NCBI GenBank assembly: GCA_963766715.1
Contig: CAVYBH010000012.1
Span: 1 to 64,000 of the forward strand
Direction of reading: 5' to 3'
Length of the DNA stretch: 64,000 nucleotides
From: an uncultured delta proteobacterium
GTDB taxonomy: Bacteria; Myxococcota; Myxococcia; Myxococcales; Anaeromyxobacteraceae
This document shows, piece by piece, positions 30,443 through 41,444 of this stretch. Position numbers and translations under genes: made by a program. The notes beneath the pieces are model-generated. The model worked only from the letters and a program-made list of their open reading frames with translations. It was not told the origin of the DNA and did no database searches. Positions within the stretch are counted from its first letter, which is position 1. Each line of letters opens with the position of its first letter.

Positions 30443-31087
30443 ATGCCGACGAGAGCGATCGCCATCGAGGACGACGAGGCCGTATCCCGGCTCATCGCGC
30501 AGGTCCTGACGGCACACGGGTTCGAGATGTGCGGCACCGCCGCGACGGGCGAGGAAGGCATCGCGCTCGCCCGCCGGGAACTGCCCGACGTGGCGCTCGT
30601 GGACCTCGGACTCCCGAAGATGAGCGGCGAGGACGTCATCGCCGCGATTCGCCAGGAGCTCCCGAAGACCGCCTGCATCGCGCTCACCGCCGTGGACATC
30701 CCGGCGCGCGTGCTCGGCGCGCTTCGCGCGGGCGCGGCCGGCTACATCCTGAAGCCCTTCCACGCCGGAGAGCTGGCGCGGGCGGTCGAGGACGTCCTCC
30801 GGGGCGACTCGGCGCCCATCAGCCCGCGGGCCGCCAAGGTGCTCCTGGCCGAGCTCCGGGGCGACCCGCCCGACCAGCGCAACCACGGGCCGGCGCTCTC
30901 CAAGCGGGAGCGCGAGGTGCTCGAGCTCCTGGTCCACGGCCACACCTACGCCGACGTGGCGAACGCCCTGGGCATCGCCGAGGGCACCGTCCAGACCTAC
31001 GTGAAGCGCATCTACGAGAAGATGGACGTCTCGACCAAGGCCGAGGCGGCGCTCCTCGCAGTGGCCCGGGGGCTCGTGAAACCCTAG
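30443..31087 (+). CDS. NarL/LuxR family response regulator (orphan)
   Basis: IEDD, VDLGLP, YILK, LSKREREVL..HTH. Confidence 0.93.
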   Translation: MPTRAIAIEDDEAVSRLIAQVLTAHGFEMCGTAATGEEGIALARRELPDVALVDLGLPKMSGEDVIAAIRQELPKTACIALTAVDIPARVLGALRAGAAGYILKPFHAGELARAVEDVLRGDSAPISPRAAKVLLAELRGDPPDQRNHGPALSKREREVLELLVHGHTYADVANALGIAEGTVQTYVKRIYEKMDVSTKAEAALLAVARGLVKP

Positions 31088-31181
31088 CCGGGCGGGGCGC
31101 GAGGCTCGTGCGCCCTCGACACTGGCGGTTATACCCCTCCGGTTCTTGCTCCTGGCCGGCGCCTTCCCGGCCTGGCGCGCC

Positions 31182-31209
31182 TTGACTTGCAGGGGTCGGT
31201 CCCTATAAT
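31182..31209 (+). promoter_or_regulatory. Sigma70 promoter of the yceD-rpmF-fab operon
   Basis: TTGACT-N16-TATAAT. Confidence 0.8.
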
Positions 31210-31241
31210 GGACCGCTTTTCAAGCCCCGGAAACGACGCAA

Positions 31242-31806
31242 ATGCGCGTCAACATTGACGAAATCAAGGATTCTGGCCTCGAGCGGTCCTGGGAGATCCC
31301 CAGCGCGCAACTCGACGAAGCCCTCCGAGACGATCGGGCCGGCTACAGGGCCGCCGGGCCGTCGCGGGTCGAGGCTCGCCTCACGCGAGTCGGGCGCCGG
31401 GTCCTGCTGCACGCGAAGGCCAGGCTGGAGCTCGGGCGCTCCCTGCGGGCGCTGCCTCCTTCCAGCCAAGGTGTCGGTGCCGGTCGACTTCGACCTGTCG
31501 CTCGTCCCGGTCGAGGAGGCCGGGGAGATCCAGGCGGCGCGGCACGAGAACGGCGAGGAGCACACCGAGGGGAGCTTCTCGCCCCAGCAGGTGGACGAGG
31601 AGACCTACAAGGGCAAGGTGATCGACCTCGATCCCCTGGTGCAGGAGCAGATCGTCCTGGCACTGCCCGCCTATCCCGTGTGCCGGGAAGGCTGCAAGGG
31701 GCTCTGCCCGGTGTGCGGGCAGAACCAGAACGAGAAGGCGTGCGGCTGCGACCGCCACGTGCCCGACCCCCGCTGGGCCGGGCTGGAGAAGTTCCGGCAG
31801 TCGTGA
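31242..31806 (+). CDS. yceD: YceD/DUF177 protein (frameshift near 31440)
   Basis: PCGRCL, IDLDPLVQEQIVLALP, CKGLCPVCG, DPRW. Confidence 0.92.
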
Positions 31807-31837
31807 CGCCGAGTCCCTTTCACAAGGAGCGAACACC

Positions 31838-32017
31838 GTGGGAGTTCCCAAGAAGCGAACGAGCAGCATGCGGCGCAACCGTCGGCGCGCGGCCAACTTC
31901 AAGATCACGCCGGCCAACGTGACCCTGTGCCCGAAGTGCAAGGAGCCGGTGATGTCGCACCGGGTCTGCCCTTCGTGCGGTTTCTACAAGGACCAGCAGG
32001 TCACCGAGGGCGCATAG
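31838..32017 (+). CDS. rpmF: 50S ribosomal protein L32 (Zn-binding form)
   Basis: MGVPKKRTS..CPKC..HRVCPSCGFY; AAGGAG RBS. Confidence 0.97.
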   Translation: MGVPKKRTSSMRRNRRRAANFKITPANVTLCPKCKEPVMSHRVCPSCGFYKDQQVTEGA

Positions 32018-32023
32018 CGCCGG

Positions 32024-33103
32024 ATGGCTCCCGGCATCGCACCCGTTGCGGTAGATGCCATGGGGGGCGACAACGCCCCGGGCGCCATCGTTCAAGGCGC
32101 GATTGACGCAGCGCGCAAGGGGCAGGCCGTCATCCTGGTCGGCCCCGAGGAACGGGTGCGCGCGGAGCTCGATCGTCAGCGCGCCAGCTGGAACCTGCCC
32201 GTCCAGATCCGGCACGCCCCCGAGGCGGTCGGGATGGACGAGCACCCGGGCCAGGCCATGCGCCGGAAGAAGGCCAGCTCCATCCGGATCGCGCTCGAGC
32301 TCGTCCGGGACGGAGAGGCCTCCGCCGCGGTCAGCGCCGGCAACAGCGGCGCGATGATGGCCGGGGCGATGATGGTCCTCGGCTGCGCCGGAGGCGTGCA
32401 ACGGCCGGCGATCCTCTCGGTGCTCCCGGCCGCGAAGGGCACGCCGGTGATGCTCGACGCCGGCGCCAACGTCGACTGCAAGCCCCTGCACCTCGTGCAG
32501 TTCGCCCTCATGGGCGACGTCTACGCCCGCCGCGTGCTGGGCGTCGCCCGGCCCCGCGTCGCCATCCTGTCGAACGGGGAGGAGGCGTCGAAGGGCACCG
32601 TGACGACCCGCGCGGCGTCGGCGGCGCTCGCCCGATCCGGGCTCCGCTTCCAGGGCTACTGCGAGGGGCGCGACCTGCTCCTCGGCGAGATCGACGTCGT
32701 CGTGACCGACGGGTTCACCGGGAACGTCGCGCTGAAGACCATGGAGGGCACGGCGCAGGCGCTGGCCGGGATGATGCGCGAGGCGCTGCGGCGCACGCTC
32801 CCGGCCCGGCTGGGCAGCGCGCTCGTCAAGACCGCCATCGACGAGATCCGGCGCCGGGTCGACTGGCGGGAGATCGGCGGGGCGCCGTTGCTCGGCGTGG
32901 AGGGCGTGGTCGTGATCGCCCACGGCGCCTCCGACCGGCGCGCCATCGCGAACGCGGTGGCCCGGGCGGCCGACGGGGCGCGGGCAGCTTGCACGGAGGA
33001 GATTGGGGAGGCCGCCGCGGTCGGGGCGACCCTGCTCGAGTCGGAGCGAGACGAGGCCGAGGTCGTCACCGGGACGAGGCGCCGCAGGGCGCCCGAGGCG
33101 TGA
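32024..33103 (+). CDS. plsX: Phosphate acyltransferase
   Basis: AVDAMGGDNAP, SAGNSGA, DAGAN, DGFTGNV. Confidence 0.96.
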   Translation: MAPGIAPVAVDAMGGDNAPGAIVQGAIDAARKGQAVILVGPEERVRAELDRQRASWNLPVQIRHAPEAVGMDEHPGQAMRRKKASSIRIALELVRDGEASAAVSAGNSGAMMAGAMMVLGCAGGVQRPAILSVLPAAKGTPVMLDAGANVDCKPLHLVQFALMGDVYARRVLGVARPRVAILSNGEEASKGTVTTRAASAALARSGLRFQGYCEGRDLLLGEIDVVVTDGFTGNVALKTMEGTAQALAGMMREALRRTLPARLGSALVKTAIDEIRRRVDWREIGGAPLLGVEGVVVIAHGASDRRAIANAVARAADGARAACTEEIGEAAAVGATLLESERDEAEVVTGTRRRRAPEA

Positions 33104-33120
33104 GAGGGCAGGAGGAACGC

Positions 33121-34101
33121 ATGCGATCACTCATCGTCGGGACGGGAAGCTACGCGCCGGAGAAGGTGCTCACCAACAAGGACCTCGAGGCCCTGGTGCA
33201 GACGAACGACGAGTGGATCGTCGAGCGCACCGGCATCCGGGAGCGCCACATCGCGGCCCCGACCGAGGCCACGAGCGACCTGGCCCTCAAGGCCTCCCAG
33301 AAGGCCCTCAAGATGGCCGGGGTCCGCCCCGAGGACGTCGACCTCATCGTGGTCGGGACCATCACCCCGGACTACCCGTTCCCCTCGGCCGCGTCCATCC
33401 TCCAGGCCCAGCTCCACAACAAGAAGGCCTTCGCCTTCGACGTGTCGGCGGCCTGCGCCGGGTCCCTCTACGCGCTGTCCATCGCCGACCGCTACGTGTC
33501 GAGCGGGGTCTGTCGCGCCGCGCTCGTCGTGGGCGCGGAGATCCTGACGAGCATCACCGACTGGTCGGACCGGAACACCTGCATCCTCTTCGGCGACGGC
33601 GCCGGAGCCATGGTGCTCGTGCCCACCCAGGATCCGAACCGCGGCCTGCTCTCGACGCACCTGCACACCGACGGCTCCCTCTGGCCCATCCTGTACACGC
33701 CGGGCGGCGGGACCCGGATGCCCATGAGCCAGAAGGTGCTCGACGAGAAGCTCAACACCGTGAAGATGAACGGCCGGGAGGTCTACAAGGTGGCCGTCCG
33801 GGCCCTCGAGGAGGTCTCCCGGGAGGCCCTCGCGGCCAGCGGGCTCCAGCCCAAGGACGTCACCTGGGTCATCGCCCACCAGGCCAACAAGCGCATCCTC
33901 GACTCCACGCTGGAGCGGCTGGGCATTCCCGCCGAGAAGTGCTGGATGAACCTGGAGAAGTATGGCAACACCTCGTCGGCGAGCGTCCCCATGACCCTCG
34001 ACGAGGCCAATCGCGCCGGCTGGTTCAAGCCGGGCGACCTGATCCTCATGATGGCCATCGGCGGCGGCATGGCCTGGGGCAGCGCACTCGTTCGCTGGTA
34101 G
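33121..34101 (+). CDS. fabH: 3-oxoacyl-ACP synthase III
   Basis: AACAG, LFGDGAGA, HQAN, GNTSSAS. Confidence 0.97.
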   Translation: MRSLIVGTGSYAPEKVLTNKDLEALVQTNDEWIVERTGIRERHIAAPTEATSDLALKASQKALKMAGVRPEDVDLIVVGTITPDYPFPSAASILQAQLHNKKAFAFDVSAACAGSLYALSIADRYVSSGVCRAALVVGAEILTSITDWSDRNTCILFGDGAGAMVLVPTQDPNRGLLSTHLHTDGSLWPILYTPGGGTRMPMSQKVLDEKLNTVKMNGREVYKVAVRALEEVSREALAASGLQPKDVTWVIAHQANKRILDSTLERLGIPAEKCWMNLEKYGNTSSASVPMTLDEANRAGWFKPGDLILMMAIGGGMAWGSALVRW

Positions 34102-34110
34102 GAGGCGGCC

Positions 34111-35052
34111 TTGTCGAAGCTGGCATTCATCTTTCCCGGACAGGGCTCCCAGGCCACGGGCATGGGCAAGGCGCTCCACGACGCCTTCCCGGAGGCGCGC
34201 GCCGTCTTCGAGGCCGTCGACGCCGCGCTCGGCGAGAAGCTCTCCACCCTCTGCTTCGAGGGGCCGGACGAGAAGCTGAAGCTCACCGCCAACACCCAGC
34301 CCTGCATCCTCACCGTGTCGGCGGCCGCCGCCGCGGTGCTGGCCGCGCGGGGCGTGAAGCCCGACCTGGTCGCCGGCCACTCGCTGGGCGAGTACTCGGC
34401 GCTGGTGGCCGCGGGGGCGCTGTCGGCCGCCGACGCGGCGCGCGCCGTGCGCGCCCGGGGGACCTTCATGCAGGAGGCCGTGCCCGCGGGGCAGGGGGCC
34501 ATGTCGGCCGTGCTCGGGCTGGAGCCGGAGCGCATCCGGCTGATCTGCGAGTCCGTCCAGGCCGCCACCGGCAAGGTGGTGTCCCCCGCCAACTACAACG
34601 ACCCCAACCAGACGGTCATCGCCGGCGAGGCCAGCGCCGTGGCGCTGGCGGGCGAGAAGCTGAAGGAGGCCGGGGCGCGCCGCGTGATGCCGCTGCCGGT
34701 GAGCGCGCCCTTCCACTCGGCCCTCATGGAGCCGGTGAAGGCCCGGCTCGAGCCCGTGCTGCGGGCGATCGCCTGGTCGCAGCCCGCCGTCCCCGTCGTG
34801 ACCAACGTCGAGGCCAAGGCCAACCGCGCCACCGACCGGATCGTCCCGCTGCTCCTCGCCCAGGTCTCGGCCCCCGTCCGCTGGATCGAGAGCGTGCACG
34901 AGCTGGCGCGCCTGGGGGGCGTCAAGGTGATCGAGGTCGGCCCGGGAAACGTGCTGTCGGGCCTCGTGAAGCGAATCGACAAGGCGATCGAGGTACACTC
35001 GGTGTCCGATCCCGCCTCCCTCGAGAAGACCCTCGCCGCGCTCGGAGCCTGA
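34111..35052 (+). CDS. fabD: Malonyl-CoA:ACP transacylase
   Basis: FPGQGSQ, GHSLGEY, SAPFHS. Confidence 0.97.
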   Translation: MSKLAFIFPGQGSQATGMGKALHDAFPEARAVFEAVDAALGEKLSTLCFEGPDEKLKLTANTQPCILTVSAAAAAVLAARGVKPDLVAGHSLGEYSALVAAGALSAADAARAVRARGTFMQEAVPAGQGAMSAVLGLEPERIRLICESVQAATGKVVSPANYNDPNQTVIAGEASAVALAGEKLKEAGARRVMPLPVSAPFHSALMEPVKARLEPVLRAIAWSQPAVPVVTNVEAKANRATDRIVPLLLAQVSAPVRWIESVHELARLGGVKVIEVGPGNVLSGLVKRIDKAIEVHSVSDPASLEKTLAALGA

Positions 35053-35054
35053 CC

Positions 35055-35804
35055 GTGTACGACTTCCAGGGAAAGACGGCGCTCGTCACCGGAGCCTCTC
35101 GCGGGATCGGGCGCTCGATCGCGGTGGCGCTGGCCCGCGGCAAGGCCCGGGTCGCCATCAACTACGCCGGGAACCAGGCCGCCGCCGAGGAGTCGCTTCG
35201 CCTCGTCCGGGAGGCCGGCTCGCCCGACGCCCGTCTCTTCCAGTTCGACGTGGCCGACGCCGCGGCCGCCGGCAAGGCGGTGGACGAGGTCGTCTCCTCG
35301 ATGGGCGGGCTCCACATCCTGGTGAACAACGCCGGGGTGGCCCTCGACCAGCTGGTGATGCGGCTCAAGGACGAGGACTGGCAGCGGCAGCTCGACGTGA
35401 ACCTCACCGGGGCGTTCCACCTCATCCGGGCGGCCGCCCGCCCCATGATGAAGGCCCGGGGGGGTGCCATCGTGAACCTGACCTCGGTGGTCGGGGAGAT
35501 GGGAAACGCCGGCCAGGCCGCCTATGCAGCCACCAAGGCGGGGCTGATCGGGCTGACCAAGTCGGTGGCCCGGGAGCTGGCGTCCCGAAACGTGCGGGTG
35601 AACGCGGTCTCTCCCGGCTACATCGATACCGACATGACGGCGGCCCTGCCGGAGGCCGCCAAGCAGAAGATGGCGGAGATGATCCCGCTGGGGCGCCTCG
35701 GCAGCGCCGACGACGTGGCCGCGGCGGTGGCGTGGCTCTGCAGCGACCAGGCCTCCTACGTCACCGGAGAGGTTCTCCGGGTGAACGGTGGCATGCACAT
35801 GTAG
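35055..35804 (+). CDS. fabG: 3-oxoacyl-ACP reductase
   Basis: TGASRGIG, NNAG, YAATK. Confidence 0.96.
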   Translation: MYDFQGKTALVTGASRGIGRSIAVALARGKARVAINYAGNQAAAEESLRLVREAGSPDARLFQFDVADAAAAGKAVDEVVSSMGGLHILVNNAGVALDQLVMRLKDEDWQRQLDVNLTGAFHLIRAAARPMMKARGGAIVNLTSVVGEMGNAGQAAYAATKAGLIGLTKSVARELASRNVRVNAVSPGYIDTDMTAALPEAAKQKMAEMIPLGRLGSADDVAAAVAWLCSDQASYVTGEVLRVNGGMHM

Positions 35805-35855
35805 TTCGGGAATGACCCCGAGACGGACCAACCAGAAGCACAGGAGGAAGCATCG

Positions 35856-36098
35856 ATGACGACGGGCAACGTGGAGCAGAAGGTCAAGGGCATCATCGCC
35901 GAGCAGCTCGGGGTCGCCGAGGACGAGATCAAGACCACCTCGAGCTTCATCGAGGACCTGGGCGCCGACTCGCTCGACATCGTCGAGCTGGTCATGGCCA
36001 TGGAGGAGGAGTTCGAGGTCGAGATCCCCGACGAGGAGGCCGAGAACATCAAGACCGTCCAGGACGCGATCAACTACATCAACACGCACAAGAAGTAG
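35856..36098 (+). CDS. acpP: Acyl carrier protein
   Basis: [12 protein letters not shown]. Confidence 0.98.
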   Translation: MTTGNVEQKVKGIIAEQLGVAEDEIKTTSSFIEDLGADSLDIVELVMAMEEEFEVEIPDEEAENIKTVQDAINYINTHKK

Positions 36099-36188
36099 CT
36101 CGACGGTCGGCGGCGGGGACCACCACCCGGGCCGGAGGGCCGCGGGAGGGGTCCACGTCCGGCGAAACGACGAGAGGAGGTCGGCAGG

Positions 36189-37430
36189 ATGTCCAGGCGT
36201 CGCGTGGTGGTCACCGGCATGGGACTCGTGTGCCCGGTCGGCATCGGGGTCGAGGAGAGCTGGAAGGCGCTCGTCGCCGGGAAGAGCGGGATCGGGCCGA
36301 TCACCCACTACGACGCTTCCACCTATCCGACGCAAGATCGCCGGCGAGGTGAAGGGCTTCGAGCCCGAGAAGTTCATGGACCGCAAGGAGGTGCGCCGGA
36401 ACGACCGGTTCATCCAGTTCGCGCTGGCGGCGGCCGACATGGCGGTGAAGGACTCCGGCCTCGACTTCGCGAAGGAGAACCCGGAGCGGATCGGCGTCAT
36501 CGTCGGCTCCGGAATGGGAGGCCTCGCCACCATCGAGGACACCCACAAGACGCTCATGGAGCGCGGCGTCCGCAAGGTGAGCCCGTTCTTCATCCCGGCC
36601 ATCATCATCAACCTGGCTCCGGGGCAGATCGCGCTGCGCTGGGGGCTGAAGGGGCCGAACTTCTCGCCGGTGTCCGCCTGCGCCACGGGCAACCACTCCA
36701 TCGGCGACGCCATGATGTACGTCGAGCGCGGCATGGCCGACGTGATGATCGCGGGCGGGACCGAGGCCACCCTCACCCCGCTCGGTCTCGCCGGCTTCTG
36801 CGCCGCCAGGGCCATGTCGGAGCGGAACGACGCCCCGAGAAGGCCAGCCGCCCGTTCGACAAGGGGCGGGACGGCTTCGTGGCCGCCGAGGGCTCGGGGA
36901 TCATCGTCCTCGAGGAGTACGAGCACGCGCGCCAGCGCGGGGCGCGGATCTACGCCGAGCTGTGCGGCTACGGCGCGAGCTGCGACGCGAACCACGTCAC
37001 CTCCCCGGCGCCGGAAGGGGAGGGCGGACAGCGCGCCATGCGCATGGCGCTCGCCGACACGGGGCTGCGTCCCGAGCAGGTCGGCTACGTGAACACCCAC
37101 GGCACGTCCACGCCCCAGGGCGACATCGCCGAGTGCCAGGCCATCCGCAGGGTCTTCGGGGGATGGGCCGACGCCGGCCTGGTGGTCTCCTCGAGCAAGT
37201 CGATGACCGGGCACATGCTGGGCGCCGCCGGAGGGGCCGAGGCGGTCATCGCCCTGAAGGCGCTCGAGACGGGCGTGGTCCCCCCGACCATCAACGTGGA
37301 CGAGCAGGACCCGGAGTGCGTCCTCGACGTGGTGCCGAACGTGGCGCGCCAGGTACGCCTGGACGCCGTCCTCTCCAACAGCTTCGGCTTCGGCGGCACC
37401 AACGCCGTCGTCGCATTCAAGCGGGTCTAG
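36189..37430 (+). CDS. fabF: 3-oxoacyl-ACP synthase II (frameshifts near 36335 and 36835)
   Basis: [37 protein letters not shown]. Confidence 0.95.
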   Translation: MSRRRVVVTGMGLVCPVGIGVEESWKALVAGKSGIGPITHYDASTYPTQDRRRGEGLRAREVHGPQGGAPERPVHPVRAGGGRHGGEGLRPRLREGEPGADRRHRRLRNGRPRHHRGHPQDAHGARRPQGEPVLHPGHHHQPGSGADRAALGAEGAELLAGVRLRHGQPLHRRRHDVRRARHGRRDDRGRDRGHPHPARSRRLLRRQGHVGAERRPEKASRPFDKGRDGFVAAEGSGIIVLEEYEHARQRGARIYAELCGYGASCDANHVTSPAPEGEGGQRAMRMALADTGLRPEQVGYVNTHGTSTPQGDIAECQAIRRVFGGWADAGLVVSSSKSMTGHMLGAAGGAEAVIALKALETGVVPPTINVDEQDPECVLDVVPNVARQVRLDAVLSNSFGFGGTNAVVAFKRV

Positions 37431-37439
37431 GAGCGAGGC

Positions 37440-37883
37440 ATGGCCGATCGGATCGTCTTCGGTTCCGACCACGCCGGGCTGGCCCTGCGCGCGGAGGCGA
37501 TCCGCGTCGCCCGCGAGGCCGGGTTCGAGGTCGACGACCTGGGGCCCTTCTCGGCCGAGAGCGTCGACTACCCGGACCTCGCCGCGCGCGTGGGCGCGGC
37601 GGTGGTGGGCGGGAGCGCCCGCCTCGGCGTGCTCGTCTGCGGGACCGGCATCGGGATGTCCATCGCCGCCAACAAGCTGAAGGGCATCCGCGCGGCCCAC
37701 TGCACCACCGAGTTCGAGGCCCGGATGGCCCGGGCCCACAACGACGCCAACGTCCTGTGCGTGGGCGAGCGGGTGATCGGGCTCGGACTGGGCGGCGCGG
37801 TCGTCGCCGCCTTCCTCGCCCAGCCCTTCGAGGGCGGTCGCCACCAGCGCCGGGTGGACAAGATCTCGGCGCTCGACCGCTGA
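37440..37883 (+). CDS. rpiB: Ribose-5-phosphate isomerase B
   Basis: GSDHAG, CGTGIG, HNDAN. Confidence 0.96.
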   Translation: MADRIVFGSDHAGLALRAEAIRVAREAGFEVDDLGPFSAESVDYPDLAARVGAAVVGGSARLGVLVCGTGIGMSIAANKLKGIRAAHCTTEFEARMARAHNDANVLCVGERVIGLGLGGAVVAAFLAQPFEGGRHQRRVDKISALDR

Positions 37884-37925
37884 CCCGTTTGCGCGGTATG
37901 TAGCGCCCTTCCCAGGAGCGTCCCC

Positions 37926-39179
37926 ATGATGCCGACCCAGCGCCTCTCCGAGGCGGATCCCGAGATCGCGCGGCTCGTCCGCGAGGAGACCCGGCGCCAG
38001 GCCGATGGGCTCGAGCTCATCGCCAGCGAGAACTTCGTCTCCCCGGCGGTGATGGAGGCCACCGGCTCGGCCCTCACCAACAAGTACGCCGAGGGGTACC
38101 CGGGCAAGCGCTACTACGGCGGCTGCGAGGTCGTGGACCAGGTGGAGCAGCTGGCCATCGACCGCGCCAAGAAGCTCTTCGGCGCCGACCACGCCAACGT
38201 GCAGCCCCACTCGGGCTCGCAGGCCAACATGGCGGCCTACTTCGCGCTGGCGCAGCCCGGCGACACGCTGCTCGCCATGAGCCTCAACTTCGGCGGACAC
38301 CTCACCCACGGGTCCCCGGTCAACTTCTCGGGGCGCCTCTTCAAGATCGTCCCGTACGGCCTGCGCCAGTCGGACGAGACCATCGACGTCGACGAGGTCC
38401 GCCGCCTCGCCCTCGAGCACAAGCCGCGGATCCTGGTGGTGGGCGCGAGCGCCTACCCGAGAACCCTCCACTTCGACCGCTTCGCCGAGATCGCCCGGGA
38501 GGTCGGGGCGGCCATGGTGGTGGACATGGCCCACATCGCCGGCCTGGTGGCCGCGGGGCTGCACCCGAACCCGGTGCCCCACGCCGACATCGTCACCACC
38601 ACGACCCACAAGACCCTGCGCGGCCCCCGCAGCGGGCTCATCCTCTGCCGGGAGGCCCACGCCAAGGCCGTGAACAGCCAGATCTTCCCGGGCATCCAGG
38701 GCGGCCCCCTCGAGCACGTGGTGGCGGCCAAGGCAGTGGCCTTCCACGAGGCGCTCCAGCCCTCCTTCCGCGCCTACCAGCAGCAGATCCTCGACAACGC
38801 GAAGGCGCTGGCCGAGGGGCTCGTGGCGGCGGGGCTGCGGCTGGTGTCCGGCGGCACCGACAACCACCTCATGCTGGTCGACCTCCGGCCCAAGAAGCTG
38901 AACGGCAAGATCGCCGAGGAGGCGCTCGGCAAGGCCGGCATCACCGTGAACAAGAACATGATCCCGTGGGACCCCGAGAAGCCGTTCGTCACCTCCGGGA
39001 TCCGCGTCGGCACGCCGGCGCTCACCACGCGGGGCATGGGCATCGCCGAGATGCGGAAGGTCGCCTCCCTCATCGGCCGGGTCCTCGACGCGCCCGCCGA
39101 CGACGCGCTCCTCGCCCGGATCAAGGGCGAGGTCCACGAGCTCACGCGCCAGTTCCCTCTCTACCCCGACCGGATCTGA
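37926..39179 (+). CDS. glyA: Serine hydroxymethyltransferase
   Basis: [31 protein letters not shown]. Confidence 0.98.
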   Translation: MMPTQRLSEADPEIARLVREETRRQADGLELIASENFVSPAVMEATGSALTNKYAEGYPGKRYYGGCEVVDQVEQLAIDRAKKLFGADHANVQPHSGSQANMAAYFALAQPGDTLLAMSLNFGGHLTHGSPVNFSGRLFKIVPYGLRQSDETIDVDEVRRLALEHKPRILVVGASAYPRTLHFDRFAEIAREVGAAMVVDMAHIAGLVAAGLHPNPVPHADIVTTTTHKTLRGPRSGLILCREAHAKAVNSQIFPGIQGGPLEHVVAAKAVAFHEALQPSFRAYQQQILDNAKALAEGLVAAGLRLVSGGTDNHLMLVDLRPKKLNGKIAEEALGKAGITVNKNMIPWDPEKPFVTSGIRVGTPALTTRGMGIAEMRKVASLIGRVLDAPADDALLARIKGEVHELTRQFPLYPDRI

Positions 39180-39207
39180 TCGGCGGGCCCGGGGAGACGC
39201 CGAAAGA

Positions 39208-39663
39208 ATGCGCTGCCCCTTCTGTGGCCACCTCGAGGACCGGGTCGTCGACTCGCGCGAGGCGCAGGACGGCCAGGCCACGCGCCGGCGGCGCGAGTGC
39301 CTGGGTTGCGAGCGGCGCTTCACCACCTACGAGCGCGTCGAGGAGAGCCTGCCTGCGCTCGTGAAGAAGGACGGGAGGCGCGAGTCCTTCGACCGCCGCA
39401 AGGTGCTCGAGGGGCTCCGGCGTGCCTGCCAGAAGCGCCCCGTGTCCCAGGAGCGGATCGATCAGATGGCGACCCAGGTCGAGCGCCGGCTCCAGGAGTC
39501 GGGCGAGCGCGAGGTCCGGTCGAGCGCGGTCGGCGAGCTGGTGATGGAGCTCCTGCGAGCCGAGGACCCGGTGGCCTACGTGCGGTTCGCCTCGGTCTAC
39601 CGCGACTTCCGCGACGTGGGGGAGTTCACCGCCGCCGTCGAGGGACTGCAGGGGAAGAAATGA
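39208..39663 (+). CDS. nrdR: Transcriptional repressor NrdR
   Basis: [22 protein letters not shown]. Confidence 0.97.
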   Translation: MRCPFCGHLEDRVVDSREAQDGQATRRRRECLGCERRFTTYERVEESLPALVKKDGRRESFDRRKVLEGLRRACQKRPVSQERIDQMATQVERRLQESGEREVRSSAVGELVMELLRAEDPVAYVRFASVYRDFRDVGEFTAAVEGLQGKK

Positions 39664-40778
39664 GCGGGACCCCGGCCCAGGAGCGGTACATGCGGCTGGC
39701 GCTGCGGGAGGCCCGTCGCGGGCTCGGCCGCACCAGCCCGAACCCGGCCGTGGGTGCGGTCCTCGTGAAGGGCGGGCGCGTGGTGGGCCGAGGGCATCAC
39801 GCCCGGGCCGGCTCGCCGCACGCCGAGGTCGTCGCCATCCGGGACGCCGGGGCGAAGGCCCGAGGCGCGGACCTCTACACGACGCTCGAGCCGTGCGACC
39901 ACTTCGGGCGGACGCCGCCGTGCAGCCTGGCCATCCTCGAGGCGGGCGTGCGCCGCGTGTTCTCCGGATCGGGCGACCCCAACCCCCGCGTGAACGGCAA
40001 GGGCATCCGGCGCCTGCGGCGGGGCGGGGTCGAGGTCGAGACCGGCGTCCTCCGCGCCGACTGCGACGCGCTGAACGAGACCTGGTTCCGCTTCATCACC
40101 TCCGGGCGCCCGCACGTCACCATGAAGGTGGCCTCCACGCTCGACGGGCGCATCGCCACGACCACGGGCGACTCCCGCTGGGTCACGGGCCCCGAGGCGC
40201 GCGCCCACGTCCATCGCCTGCGGAACGGCGTCGACGCCGTGCTGGTGGGCGCAGGGACCGCCCGGGCGGACGACCCCCGCCTGACCGCCCGGCTTCCCGG
40301 CGGCAGGGGCCGCGACCCGCTCCGCGTCGTCCTCGACTCGCGGCTGGAACTGCCGCGCACGCTTCGGCTCTTCCGGCAGCGCTCCGAGGCGCCCACGGTG
40401 GTGGCCCATGTCTCCGGCGAACCACCGGCGAGGCCGCCGCGCGGAGTCGAGTACCTGCGCTGCCGCTCCAGGAAGGGCAAGGTGGACCTGCGCGACCTGC
40501 TCGAGCGCCTGGCCGGGCGCGGCGTCACCACGCTGCTCGTGGAGGGCGGCGCCGAGGTGAACCGGGCCTTCCTCGACGCCGGCGTCGTCGACGTGCTGCT
40601 GCTCTTCCTGGCCCCGAAGATCGCCGGCGGCGGGATCGCCTGGGTGGGCGGCGACGGGCCGGCGCGGATGGCGGATGCCCTGCTGCTGCGCGATCTCCGC
40701 GTCCGGCGGCTGGGTCCCGACCTCCTCGTCTCCGGCCGCCCGGCCCCGAAAGGTGATCGAACCTCCCGCGTGGACTAA
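39660..40778 (+). CDS. ribD: Riboflavin biosynthesis deaminase/reductase
   Basis: [24 protein letters not shown]. Confidence 0.96.
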   Translation: MSGTPAQERYMRLALREARRGLGRTSPNPAVGAVLVKGGRVVGRGHHARAGSPHAEVVAIRDAGAKARGADLYTTLEPCDHFGRTPPCSLAILEAGVRRVFSGSGDPNPRVNGKGIRRLRRGGVEVETGVLRADCDALNETWFRFITSGRPHVTMKVASTLDGRIATTTGDSRWVTGPEARAHVHRLRNGVDAVLVGAGTARADDPRLTARLPGGRGRDPLRVVLDSRLELPRTLRLFRQRSEAPTVVAHVSGEPPARPPRGVEYLRCRSRKGKVDLRDLLERLAGRGVTTLLVEGGAEVNRAFLDAGVVDVLLLFLAPKIAGGGIAWVGGDGPARMADALLLRDLRVRRLGPDLLVSGRPAPKGDRTSRVD

Positions 40779-40790
40779 GATCTCGCACCG

Positions 40791-41444
40791 ATGTTCACCG
40801 GACTCGTCAGCGACATGGGAGTGGTGGAGCGGCTCGAGCCGCGGGCCGGAGGTGCGCGCGTCACCATCCGCCCCGGGACGATGCCCGTCGACGACCTCGC
40901 GCTGGGCGAGAGCGTGGCCTGCAACGGCGCCTGCCTGACGGTGGTGGAGCGGGGCGGGGGGCGGATGTCCTTCGACGCAGTCCCGGAGACCCTGGCCCGG
41001 ACCACGCTCGGAAGCTGGCGGTCCGGCACGCGCGTGAACCTGGAGCGAGCCCTGCGGCTGTCCGACCGCCTGGGTGGTCACCTGGTCCAGGGGCACGTGG
41101 ATGCGGTCGGCCAGGTGCTCGGGCGCGTGGCCGAGGGACAGGGCGCGCGGCTCACCATCTCGCTGCCGCCGGCCCTGGCGCCGCTGGTCGCCGAGAAGGG
41201 CTCGATCGCCATCGACGGGGTCTCCCTCACCGTGGCCCGTGCGGACCGGGACCGGTTCGAGGTGGCGCTCATCCCGGAGACCCTGTCCCGCACCGTGCTC
41301 GGCGCCGCGGCGCCCGGGACCCCGGTCAACCTGGAGGTCGACGTCGTGGCCCGCCACGTGGCCCGGTTGCGCGAATTCGCCGGCTCGCCCGGCATCTCGG
41401 AGGGTTCATTGAAGGACTGGGGCTACGGCGGAGGTCGCTCGTGA
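40791..41444 (+). CDS. ribE: Riboflavin synthase (alpha chain)
   Basis: [22 protein letters not shown]. Confidence 0.96.
   Translation: MFTGLVSDMGVVERLEPRAGGARVTIRPGTMPVDDLALGESVACNGACLTVVERGGGRMSFDAVPETLARTTLGSWRSGTRVNLERALRLSDRLGGHLVQGHVDAVGQVLGRVAEGQGARLTISLPPALAPLVAEKGSIAIDGVSLTVARADRDRFEVALIPETLSRTVLGAAAPGTPVNLEVDVVARHVARLREFAGSPGISEGSLKDWGYGGGRS

Noticed and set aside
39180..40790. FMN riboswitch ahead of the rib genes
   Set aside because: No intergenic space or RFN motifs; genes are embedded in the nrdR-rib-nusB operon.
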